NCBI GenBank assembly: GCA_043827405.1
Contig: JBDRPD010000083.1
Location: forward strand, 212,025 to 276,024
Direction of reading: 5' to 3'
Length of the DNA stretch: 64,000 nucleotides
From: Elusimicrobiota bacterium
GTDB taxonomy: Bacteria; Elusimicrobiota; Elusimicrobia; UBA1565
Position 1 is the stretch's first letter. The number at the start of each line of letters is the position of its first letter. The notes under the pieces were generated by a model, which saw nothing but the letters and a program-made list of their open reading frames with translations, was not told where the DNA came from and searched no databases. Shown here in pieces: positions 47,492-57,300 of the stretch. Made by a program: the position numbers and the translations under genes.

Positions 47492-48955
47492 TTAGATTCT
47501 ACCACCTTTGAGCAGGCCGGTCTTGGCGTTGAAGGCCGTGATCAGCCGGTCGTAGACCGCCGCCTGGGCGAAGGTTTCGTCCCAGAAGGCCGGATCCCAG
47601 AGAGCGTTGAGCTCATCAATGGTCTTGCCCTGCTGCTCGACCCAGGTGAAGTACTTGAGGTTGTGCAGGGCCTTGCGGTCATGGTAGCCGAGCTCGCGCA
47701 TATTGTCGGTGCGCTCGCCGCGCAGCCGGCCCTCGAGGTCGGCGACGGCCTGGGCCTCGGTATAGGCGCCGCGTTCGGCTTTGAGCTCCTTGAGCCGCGA
47801 GCGGTAGAGCGCCGACGAGTCGGTAAACATGGTGAAGATGATGTCGTCTTCGCCGAGCTCGAAGAACTTGGCGGTCTTGATGGCGGCCAGCATATTGCAG
47901 ATGCCCGAGATGCCCAAGAGCGGCAGGTCTTTGATGACGCGGGCCGGGATGCCCGCTTTCTTCAGCAGCTTCTGCCCGGCCGGCTCATTGAACAGCCGCA
48001 GCAGGGTCACCGAGCTCTCGTCGTCGACGGCGACTACGGCGTCGGTGCTGCGTACGTTGTGAATCCACGGGATATGCTTGTCGCCGATGCCTTCGATGCG
48101 GTGGCCGCCGAAGCCGTTAAGCAGCATGGTCGGGCACTGCAGGGCCTCCACCGCGGAGATGCGCAGGCCGGGGTGCCTCTTCTTGAGGCGGTCGCCGGCG
48201 GCGATGGTCCCCGCCGAGCCGGTGGCCGAGATATAGGCGGCGAGGCGGCTCTTCGGTCCGCGCACGGCCGCGAAGACCTCCTCGATGGCCGCGCCGGTCA
48301 CATGGTAGTGCCAGGTCGGATTGCCGAACTCCTCGAACTGGTTGAAGATCACGCAGTCCTTGCGGTTCTTGCGGATATCCCAGCAGGCGTCGTAGATTTC
48401 CTTGACGTTGCTCTCGCAGCCGTGGGTGGCGATAACTTCGGCGCCGATCTCGCGCAGCCAGTCGAAGCGTTCCTTGCTCATCTCCTCGGGCAGGATGGCG
48501 ATCGGGGTGGAGGCGAGCAGCGCGCTGTCGAAGGCGCCGCCGCGGCAGTAGTTGCCGGTGGATGGCCACACCGCTTTCTGCGTCGTCGGGTCGAACTGTC
48601 CGGTCACCAGCCGGGGCACCAGGCAGCCGAAGGCCGCGCCGACTTTGTGCGCCCCGGTGGGGAAGCGGCTGCCCACCAGGCCGATGACCCGGGCGCGGAT
48701 GCCGGTCAGCGCGCGCGGGATTTCCAGGTAGTTGACGCCGCCGAAGAGGCCGGTCTTGATATCGTTCTTCCAGGTGATGCGAAACAGGTTGACCGGGTCC
48801 ACGTCGTTGAGTTTGGTCTTTTTCAGGCGCCGGGTTACCGCGGCGGGCCGCTTGCTGGGGTCGGCCTGCTGCGCGAAGGTCGGGATAATGATGCCGCGCT
48901 CACGGCACAGCTGTACGGTTTTCCGCAATACCTTGTTGTTGACGGGGATGGTCAT
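47492..48955 (-). CDS. Fold-type II PLP-dependent enzyme (cysteine synthase/Trp synthase beta superfamily), substrate unknown
   Basis: FPTGAHKVG (PLP Lys), PSTGNYCRG, TGSAGT, HRIEGIG. Confidence 0.82.
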   Translation of the reverse strand: MTIPVNNKVLRKTVQLCRERGIIIPTFAQQADPSKRPAAVTRRLKKTKLNDVDPVNLFRITWKNDIKTGLFGGVNYLEIPRALTGIRARVIGLVGSRFPTGAHKVGAAFGCLVPRLVTGQFDPTTQKAVWPSTGNYCRGGAFDSALLASTPIAILPEEMSKERFDWLREIGAEVIATHGCESNVKEIYDACWDIRKNRKDCVIFNQFEEFGNPTWHYHVTGAAIEEVFAAVRGPKSRLAAYISATGSAGTIAAGDRLKKRHPGLRISAVEALQCPTMLLNGFGGHRIEGIGDKHIPWIHNVRSTDAVVAVDDESSVTLLRLFNEPAGQKLLKKAGIPARVIKDLPLLGISGICNMLAAIKTAKFFELGEDDIIFTMFTDSSALYRSRLKELKAERGAYTEAQAVADLEGRLRGERTDNMRELGYHDRKALHNLKYFTWVEQQGKTIDELNALWDPAFWDETFAQAAVYDRLITAFNAKTGLLKGGRI

Positions 48956-50214
48956 AGCTTGTCTCCTCGGTTCAGGCGCTTAACGAGCCGCTTTAAATCG
49001 GCGATGTCGGGGCGGATGAGATGCGGCTTGCCGGCGGCGCGCCGCGCCGAGTCGGTGTCCTTGAGGCCGTTGCCGGTGGCGAGGACGACGATCTTCTCGT
49101 TGGGCTTGACCAGTTTCCGGGCGGCCGCCTTGCGCAGGCCGGCGGCGGCGGCGGCTCCGGCCGGCTCGGCGAATACGCCTTCCATGCGCGCCATATCCTT
49201 CATCGCCTGCAAAATCTCGCGGTCGGTGACCTTGACCGCGAAGCCCTCGGACTCGCGCAGCGCTTGTACCGCGGCCTCGCCGTCGCGCGGCAGGCTCACC
49301 GAGATGCTGTCGGCGATGGTCTTGCCGGATACCGGCCGCAGGGCGCCGTCGCCGTCGAAGGCGCGAGCGATAGCGTCGCTCTTGGCGGCCTGCACCGCGA
49401 CCAGGCGCGGCAGGCTGTCGATCAGCCCCAGGGCGAAGAAATCGCGAAAGCCCTTCCATATGCCGGAGATGATATTGCCGTCGCCCACCGGCACGAAGAC
49501 CAGGTCGGGGACGTTCCAGTGCAGCTGCTCCACGATCTCGAATGAGCAGGTCTTCTTGCCTTCCCGCGTGAAGGCGTTGTAGCCGGTATTGCGGTTGTAC
49601 CAGCCGAACTCGGCAGCCGCCTTCAGGCAGAGGTCGAAAGCGTCGTCGTAGGTGCCCTTGACGGCGACGACGACGGCGCCGAAGATCAGGAGCTGGGCGA
49701 GCTTGGCCGCGGGCGCGGTCTCGGGCACGAAGACGATGGTTTTTAGATTGGTTCCGGCCGCCATGCAGGCCAAAGACGAGGCGGCATTGCCCGTCGAGGC
49801 GCCGGCGACCACGCGCCGTCCCATGTCGAGCGCCCGCGCTACGGCCACGGCGCTGGCGCGGTCTTTAAATGAGGCGCTTGGATTGCGCCCGTCGTCCTTG
49901 ATGAATACGTTCTTCAGGCCCAAGGCCCGGCCGAGGCGCTCGGCTTTATACAGTGGGGTGCGGATGATGCGGGGCCGGGGCCGGTGACAGATCGCCGGGG
50001 TCGGCAGCAGATCGGCATAGCGCCAGATGGAGCGGTCGGAGCTGCGTTGCAGCCGCTTGCGCGTGACGCGCTTCTTGAGCTCGGGGTAGTCGTAAATGAC
50101 CTGCAGGTTGCCGCCGCAGCCGCAGACATAGCCGGGCTCGGCAAGCTCCTGCTCGCTGCTGCAGCGCAGGCAGCGCAGTCCGAGGACGCCCCAGAGGTTC
50201 TTGGCGGCGGGCAT
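48952..50214 (-). CDS. Threonine-synthase-like PLP enzyme with N-terminal zinc ribbon
   Basis: CLRC...CGCG, IWRY, NPSASFKDR, ASTGNAASS, EGKKT, VPVGDGN, TGNGLKD. Confidence 0.85.
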   Translation of the reverse strand: MPAAKNLWGVLGLRCLRCSSEQELAEPGYVCGCGGNLQVIYDYPELKKRVTRKRLQRSSDRSIWRYADLLPTPAICHRPRPRIIRTPLYKAERLGRALGLKNVFIKDDGRNPSASFKDRASAVAVARALDMGRRVVAGASTGNAASSLACMAAGTNLKTIVFVPETAPAAKLAQLLIFGAVVVAVKGTYDDAFDLCLKAAAEFGWYNRNTGYNAFTREGKKTCSFEIVEQLHWNVPDLVFVPVGDGNIISGIWKGFRDFFALGLIDSLPRLVAVQAAKSDAIARAFDGDGALRPVSGKTIADSISVSLPRDGEAAVQALRESEGFAVKVTDREILQAMKDMARMEGVFAEPAGAAAAAGLRKAAARKLVKPNEKIVVLATGNGLKDTDSARRAAGKPHLIRPDIADLKRLVKRLNRGDKL

Positions 50215-50277
50215 AGTGCATATTAAAGCAAATGGGCGTCGGGCTGATGATGAGTGAAAAGGCAGGCTGAAGCGGAA

Positions 50278-51771
50278 CTATTTGCGCAGCTTGAGCATTT
50301 CCAGCCGCTTGCAGACTTGCGTGATCATCGGGCGCCGGAGCTTATAGGCCTGATCGAACATCTGCTCTTCGATTACCCGCTTGTAGTTGCTCTCGATAAA
50401 GCCGCGCTGATCCTGGATCACCGAATAGAAGAAGCGGTTGAATATCTTCTGGTCATCGAGATCCTGCCCGTACTTCTGCCGGATGCGGGCATGATAGCCG
50501 TCCTGCTGGAACTTGAGGAAGAACTCGTCGCTGGTCTTCCAGGTCTCATACATCATTCGCTCCCGCTCCCGCATCGCGGGATAAATCTCGCGGCCCCGTA
50601 CCCAGACGCTGGGGATATAGGGCTCGCCCCGCTTGGCTCCCGCGACGACTTCCTTTTCTACCAGGTCGCTGACCTTTTCGTAGGCGGGATGAAGCTCCAG
50701 GTCGCGCACCCAGTTCTCGATCACCGCTTTGCCCGCCGTCTTGGCGGCGTCGAGCAGGGCTTTGTACTGGCCGGCGACCGGGACCAGGTAGCCGATTACC
50801 CCGTCGGCGGCGGTGCCGGCGGCTTTTTCGTATTCGCCCTTGAAGATATCCTCCACGACGCTGATCGCCTTATACACCATGGAGGGCCCCAGGTTGAATG
50901 CCTTGCCTTTGGGCGAGAGTATCTCCACCGTTCCGAACTCGTCGCCGATCGAATCACGCAGCAGCTTGCCGATCTCGATAAGGGCCTTGTCCTCGTCGGC
51001 GATTCCGGTCTTGGGGCCCCATTGGGTGCAGCGGACATACTCATCGACCACGGGGGGCAGCCGCGCGCGCTCATTGGCGACATCGTCCGCGCTCATTTTC
51101 AGCGCCGCGAGCAGCGCCATGGATGCGGCCTTGCTGTGCTTGTCCTCTTTGGGCAGCAGGCTCATCGAGGTTCGCTTCACCGGCGGAGATTTGTAAGTCC
51201 TCTCCCAGAGCAGCTCGCCGCGATAGTAGAGCCCCGCGCGGAGGGAGACCTCCACGGTTACCTTGGGGCTGATCATTCCGGAGAAGCGGTAGCTGTATTC
51301 GTTTATCTCCAGGGCGATATGCACCGGCGTCTTGTCGGCGTCGCCGAGCCGGCTCGTTGTTTTGAGGTCGTTGAAAAGCTGTGAATACATCATGGTTCCC
51401 GCGGGCTCCAGAGCCTGCCCGAGGGGCACGGTGGCCGTACGCAGAAATCCCTGCTTGCTCTTGGGCTTGCCTTTATAAACATAAGCTCGGGCGGCGTCGG
51501 TGATGAGCAAGGCGGCCGGGATGTCTAGGGGCTCGGCTTCGAGCTGGAGCCCGGAATCCGGGCTGAAGCGGACATTGTCTTTAAGGGGCGCCGAGAGCGA
51601 AATCCCGGATTTACGAATTTGGCGTCTCGCGGCGCGCGAGACATCGGGATCATTGATACCCTTTTGGTCGAGCTCTTGTTCGAGGGCTTCTCCTACGGTA
51701 TCCTGCGCCGCCAGCGGCGCGGCCAGCGGCAGCGCGATTGCGAACGCGCAAAGCAGGGAAATGGATGTCAT
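50278..51771 (-). CDS. Hypothetical exported protein
   Basis: Signal peptide ending PLAA; 497 aa; start overlaps the upstream ankyrin gene stop. Confidence 0.6.
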   Translation of the reverse strand: MTSISLLCAFAIALPLAAPLAAQDTVGEALEQELDQKGINDPDVSRAARRQIRKSGISLSAPLKDNVRFSPDSGLQLEAEPLDIPAALLITDAARAYVYKGKPKSKQGFLRTATVPLGQALEPAGTMMYSQLFNDLKTTSRLGDADKTPVHIALEINEYSYRFSGMISPKVTVEVSLRAGLYYRGELLWERTYKSPPVKRTSMSLLPKEDKHSKAASMALLAALKMSADDVANERARLPPVVDEYVRCTQWGPKTGIADEDKALIEIGKLLRDSIGDEFGTVEILSPKGKAFNLGPSMVYKAISVVEDIFKGEYEKAAGTAADGVIGYLVPVAGQYKALLDAAKTAGKAVIENWVRDLELHPAYEKVSDLVEKEVVAGAKRGEPYIPSVWVRGREIYPAMRERERMMYETWKTSDEFFLKFQQDGYHARIRQKYGQDLDDQKIFNRFFYSVIQDQRGFIESNYKRVIEEQMFDQAYKLRRPMITQVCKRLEMLKLRK

Positions 51772-52667
51772 GTCTCCTCCAGCAATTCGGCCGCCGCCTC
51801 ATGCCCCGCGGCTTTGGCCTGGCTGAGCGCGTTCTCGCCCCGGATATCCTTGGCCTGAATGTCGGCGCCGTTTTCCAGCAGCAGGCGGACGGTATTCGTA
51901 TGGCCGGCGCGCGCGGCCAGGATCAGGGGCGTCTGGTCGGCGCCGTTTTTGGGATCGATCCGCGCGCCGCGCTCCAGGAGCACCTTTACGATCCGCGTCC
52001 GGCCCAGCGCCGCCGCCCAGTGCAGAGGGGTCTCGTCGCCCAGCCGCCCGTCGACATCCTTGCCCGCGTCAAGCAGCCGGCGGACGAGGAATACATTATT
52101 GGACTCGATCGCCGACATCAGGGACGCGCGGGTGAGCAGGAAGATGGTGATAGCGCGTACTCCTTGATACAGGATCAGCACCAGCAGGGCATAGGGGATG
52201 AGTATAAGCAGCATGCCGATAACCGGCAGGCAGAGAAATATCCGCCAGGTTCCCGGCGAGCCCGGACCGAGCAGCAGCCAGGCAGCAAGGAGCAGCCCCG
52301 CGGTGAGCAGGGCCAGGCGCGCGCGGGACATGACCTTAAAGCAGAGGGGAACGAGGAAGAAACCCAAGGTGAGCAGGGCTGTTCCCGAGGCGGTCCGGAA
52401 TCCCGTAAACGGCAGCCACCAGAGCGGCGCCAGCGCCGCGGCAAAATAGACCGCGGCCTTCCACTGCGGTCCGTCGATGCGGTCCCAGAACTTTTGCATC
52501 AGCCGATGGACATCGCCGCCGCGGGCGGCGCAGGCCGCCGTCGCCGCGGCCAACAGCACCGGTACCGACCAGGGGGTAAGGAGCGCGAGATAGGGCGTGA
52601 GGATGAGCAGGGCGTAGCCGCAGATCACGACCTGAAAGGCGAAGCGCTCGACCCAGCCCAAACTCAT
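51768..52667 (-). CDS. Membrane protein with C-terminal ankyrin repeats
   Basis: Hydrophobic N-terminal half; ETPLHWAA, QTPLILAA, LLENGAD. Confidence 0.82.
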   Translation of the reverse strand: MSLGWVERFAFQVVICGYALLILTPYLALLTPWSVPVLLAAATAACAARGGDVHRLMQKFWDRIDGPQWKAAVYFAAALAPLWWLPFTGFRTASGTALLTLGFFLVPLCFKVMSRARLALLTAGLLLAAWLLLGPGSPGTWRIFLCLPVIGMLLILIPYALLVLILYQGVRAITIFLLTRASLMSAIESNNVFLVRRLLDAGKDVDGRLGDETPLHWAAALGRTRIVKVLLERGARIDPKNGADQTPLILAARAGHTNTVRLLLENGADIQAKDIRGENALSQAKAAGHEAAAELLEET

Positions 52668-52724
52668 GCGTTAATCATGCCGTATCGTACGCGATCACGC
52701 AAGAGGCGGAAACCGGAGAAGGGA

Positions 52725-54179
52725 TCAGCGGCGGTGCTTGCGGCGGCCGTGCTTGTTGCGGCGGTTCTTTTGCTTCTTGGGGGTGCGGGCGGATTGTTCA
52801 TAGACCGCGTGGGTGGAGGATGTCGCGGGGGCCTGCGCTATTTGGGTGTTGCGCCTTCCGCCTTCCATAAGGAAACCCTCGACGCCGACGCGGTCGGCCA
52901 GGGTATGGTCGTCGACGAAGGGGTTGCGGTTGCCTTGGTACTCTTCGACCAGATCATTGCGCCGCAGCTCGAAGGCGTCCGGGGGAAATTCGCGGTTCCA
53001 GCGCAGCATCAGCTCGATGCGGCTGTTCCAGAAGTGCTGGACGGCGTCGCCCGGCAGGATGGCGCGGTCGCTGTAGCGCATGAAGAAATAGAGCATGCTG
53101 CGCGCTACCCGGCCCTTCACGGTGTTGGGCGGTTCGAAGTAGCCGCCGCCGAGCTTGGCGCCGGCGTTGTTTTTGTACTCGATAAGGTGGTCGGGCACCT
53201 CGCCGAAGGGGTAGCGGCTGCGCGATGAGTTGGGATGGGCGAAGGTCGCCATCAGGTGGTGCAGGTCGGAGCGCATGGGGATGCGCTGCTTGAAATAGGA
53301 CTGAGGCCAGAGGTGCTCGACGTTCATGCCGTCGCGGTCGACATGGCCGTCGCCGTTGGCGTCCTCGCGCGAGTTGTAGCGCGAGCCGTCGCCGCTGGTG
53401 CCGGGGACGAAGACATTCGAGTAGGCGGCGACCACGCCGCGCACCCCGTTTCTCTTGAAATTGTCGGTATTGGAAAAGAGCTCCTTCTTGGCCTCTTTGT
53501 AGCCGTGCTCGCGATAGCCGCGGCCGCTGATCTCATGCAGCTTGCGGGTGAGCTCCCGGCCCGAAAGATCCTGGACCGGCGCCAGGTAGTCGCGCTTGGG
53601 GGCGGTCTTGGCGGCAATCGCCGCGAGGTCCTGCTCGGTGCGGACGGCGAATGTGCCCTGCTTGTGAACGGCGCCGTCGAAAATATTGTTAAGGCTGCCG
53701 ATGCGGCTGCGGCTGTTGTCGTGGCGGTTGAGGTGCTCGGTCGCTTCACGCAGCTTGTCCAGTTCCGCGGCCTTGGCGTCTTCTTCCTTCTTCTGCGTCT
53801 CGGCGTTCGCGGGCTGGCCCTCGACCGTGGGGGCGTCGGCCACCACGCTGGCCGCGAAATCGGGGACATCCTTCACCTTTTTCGCATGGTCCCGGATCCC
53901 GACCTGCGCGCTCTCGCTGCGGACGGCCCGCATGGAGCGCGTATGCGCCTGGATATTCGGGTTCTTAAGAGCGGGCAAGGTCGGCAGGACCGAGGGGCTG
54001 AAGCTGACGGGAACGAGTCCCTTGATCTTGACCGCCCCGCCTACCGCCGCCCCTGAGGCCCCGGTGGTTACCGGCGCCGCCTGGACTTTGATCGGCGCGA
54101 CCCGGATGGCCGCGTCGGCGCCTTGGGAGAGGAATGCTCCGAGGCAGACGGTCAGCCAGATCCGGGTTCGGTTCGTCAT
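52725..54179 (-). CDS. Secreted endonuclease I (EndA/Bsn family) with long low-complexity N-terminal extension
   Basis: NVEHLWPQS, SDLHHL, NSSRSRYPF, FEP..VKGRVAR..YF, QGNRNPFVD; signal peptide from ATG 54179. Confidence 0.88.
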   Translation of the reverse strand: MTNRTRIWLTVCLGAFLSQGADAAIRVAPIKVQAAPVTTGASGAAVGGAVKIKGLVPVSFSPSVLPTLPALKNPNIQAHTRSMRAVRSESAQVGIRDHAKKVKDVPDFAASVVADAPTVEGQPANAETQKKEEDAKAAELDKLREATEHLNRHDNSRSRIGSLNNIFDGAVHKQGTFAVRTEQDLAAIAAKTAPKRDYLAPVQDLSGRELTRKLHEISGRGYREHGYKEAKKELFSNTDNFKRNGVRGVVAAYSNVFVPGTSGDGSRYNSREDANGDGHVDRDGMNVEHLWPQSYFKQRIPMRSDLHHLMATFAHPNSSRSRYPFGEVPDHLIEYKNNAGAKLGGGYFEPPNTVKGRVARSMLYFFMRYSDRAILPGDAVQHFWNSRIELMLRWNREFPPDAFELRRNDLVEEYQGNRNPFVDDHTLADRVGVEGFLMEGGRRNTQIAQAPATSSTHAVYEQSARTPKKQKNRRNKHGRRKHRR

Positions 54180-54336
54180 CTCTATTAGTGTATAGGGGAA
54201 TGGCCGCCCCGCCCTGAGCAATAGGTCCTTAAATAATCTAGGTCCAATGACCGGTCGGGATTCTTGACATACTGGGCGTCCCATCATAAAGTATCGGGAT
54301 GCGCGTCGTTTTGTCTGTTTTTTCAGCCTTATCGCT

Positions 54337-57300
54337 ATGACGGGAAGCTCCGGAGTGCTGATGCGGGCGCGCTATTTGCTGCTGTTCGGCATCGCCGGAG
54401 GCTTTTCCCAGGTGGTGCAGGCGCTGCTGGGGCGCGAGCTCCTCGTCGTCTTCTACGGCAACGAGCTCAGCCTCGGCCTGTTCTACGGCTTCTGGCTGCT
54501 GTGGATCGCGGTCGGGAGCCGGCTGGCCGGACCGGCGGCGGGCAGGACGGAGCGTCCCGGGACGCTGCTGGCGCTATGCGCCGCCTCGCTGCCGGCGGCG
54601 GCGGCGGGCGCTGTTTTGCTGCTGCGCTTATGCCGGCGCTTTATCGACGTCTCGCCGACCCAGTTTGTGCCGCTGGATCAGCTGGCGCTGTGGAGCCTGC
54701 TGGCCACCTTGCCCGTCGGCCTGCTGATCGGGGCCGCCTTCCCCCTGATCTGCCGCGCGCTCGGCCGCGAGAAAGATGTCTCCGCCGCCTATATCTGGGA
54801 CGCCATCGGCGGTTTGGCCGGCGGCGCCTTGTTTACCTTCCTGCTCGTCGACGCGCTGAGCGTGGTGCGGACATGGGGTTTGCTGAGCGCGGCGCTGGGC
54901 GCGGGGCTGCTCCTGCTGCCGCGGGCCGGCCGCGCCGCCGGGGCCCTGTGGCTTGTCGCCGGGCTTGCCGCCGCCTTGTCGCCGCTGGGCGGGGCGCTGC
55001 AAAAGCGGGCCGATACCCTGCGCTGGAATTCGCTGTTTCCCAGGCTCGAGCTGGTGGAAACCTTCGACACGCCGTATCAGAATATTTCAATTGCCCGGCT
55101 GGGCGCGCAAACCAGCGTTATCGCCGACGGCAAGGTGGCGGCCAGCTTCCCGGCCGGCGTGGTGCCTGCGGTGGAGGCGTCTTTGCTCTATGCCCAGGTT
55201 CCGCGGGCGCGGCGCGTCCTGCTCATCGCCGGCGCGGCCGGCGGGCTGATCCCCGAGCTCCTGGAATATCCGGTCGAGCGCATCGACTGCGTGGAGCCGG
55301 ACCGCGGCGCCTATGAGCGCATCCGCAAGCACCTGCCGCAAGACTGGCGGCGGGCGCTGGCGGATGACAGGGTGCGGGTCCGTTTCGCCGACGGCCGGGT
55401 CTTTATGCGGGAGGCCGTCGGGGAGCGCTACGACCTTATCGTCGCCTTGGTCGGCGACCCGGCGAGCGCGCAGCTCAACCGCTATTTCACCCGTGAGTTC
55501 TATGCCGATGCGAAAGCGGCGCTCGCCCCCGGCGGGGTCTTCGTCACCAAAGTGACTTCGGCCTCGAATTATCTCGGCAAGGAAGTAAAAGGCTACGGCG
55601 CGTCGGTTTACCGGACGCTGGGCGAGGTGTTCGGCGAGGTGCGGGCAACGCCGGGCGACGTCAACTATTTCTTCGCCGCGCGCGGCGCCGGCGTCGTTAC
55701 TCTGGACCCCGGACAGCTGGCGCGCCGCTATATGGGCGTGCGCATGCGGCGGCGCAAGGTGCCGCCCCAGGCCTTCGCCTCGATCCTGCCGCCCGACCGC
55801 GTCGTCTTCGTGGAACAAGCGCTGACGGAAAAAGGCGGCGAGCTCAATACCGACCTGCGGCCCGTCACCTACTACCTCAATATGCTGCTGTGGGGGCGCT
55901 TCTCGGGCTCCGAGTGGGTCGGCGCCTTGGAGGCGATTCGCCGGGCCGGGGTCGGGTTCTTTCTCCTGCCGGCCGTCCTGCTGGTGCTGCTGCGGCTGGG
56001 CTGCGGCCTGACCGAGGAAGATGCGGGGCGCGAAGCGAGATTCTCGGCCGGGCTGGCGCTCGCCGCGCTGGGGTTTTCCGCCATGGCGCTCGAGCTTGTT
56101 CTGCTGTTTACTTATCAGGGCCGGTTCGGATACGTCTACCAAAAGATCGGTCTGCTCAACGGCCTGTTTATGGCGGGGCTGGCGGCGGGCGCGTTCCTGG
56201 CGTCGCGCCGCGGCGGACATGATCCCGGGAAGACCCTCATCGCTGCGGCGGCGGCCGCCGCCGGCTTCGCCTTGCTGCTGCCGGAGCTCCTGGCCGCGGC
56301 GAAGCTGGAAACGGCGTATTGGGCTTTGGTGTTCGCGGCGGGAGCGCTGCCGGGCGCCGGTTTTCCGCCGGCGATTCGGCTCTACAACCGGGACTTGGGC
56401 GATGTGGGCCGGGCCTCCGGGTCGCTTGATGCCGCCGACCATGCGGGCGGAATGTTCGGCGCGCTCATCACCGGCGCCTGCCTGGTGCCGCTCTTCGGGG
56501 TGACGAGCGCCTGCCGCCTGGCGGCCGCGGCGCTCGTCCTGGCCTGTCTGCCGCTGGCGCAGTATGAGGTGCGGCGCGCGGGGCCGGCGCGTGCGCTGCC
56601 GGAGCGTCTGCGTCCCTCGTTCCCCTACCGGCGGACGAGCTGGCTGCTGGCGGCGGCGGTCATGGTGGTGTTCGCCTTGAGCGCCTTGGTGCGCGGCCGG
56701 GCGGCGCCGCCGCTGACCGAGTTTTCGGACGCTGAGCTTATCGCGGTAACCGGCCGCCAGCAGTTTAAGTACGAGCGGGATCCCTTCCCCTACTACCGCG
56801 TATTCGCGGCCGGACAGGTTAAGGACGGAGCGGTATTCAGCACTTTCCCGCATGCGGCCGATATCAAGGGCTTCGCCGGGCCGCTCAACCTCATGCTGAG
56901 TTTGTCGGAGCGCGGTACGGTGCGCGGGCTGCGGCTGCTGGAAAGCGAAGAGACGCCGTCCTATATCGAAGGGATCGGCGACTGGCTCGCGCGCTTTAAC
57001 GGGCTCGACGCCACGCGCGTCCTGCGCTTGGGACGGGAGGTCGATGCGCTCTCCGGCGCTACGGTGACCAGCCGGGCGGTCGTCGACATCGTCAATAAGT
57101 CGGCGCGCTCCGCCGGGAAGCCCGTTTTGGGTCTGGATTTTGCGCGCGTGCCGGCGCGGTCGTGGAGCGCCGGAATGGGGACAATCAAGTTCGGGGTCAT
57201 TGCGGTCTTTCTCGCCCTCTTCTTCCCGGTATTCCTGCGCGGCGGCGAATGGGCGCGGCGGATTTATCTGGCGGCGGCGGTCGGGGTGATGGGGCTGGCC

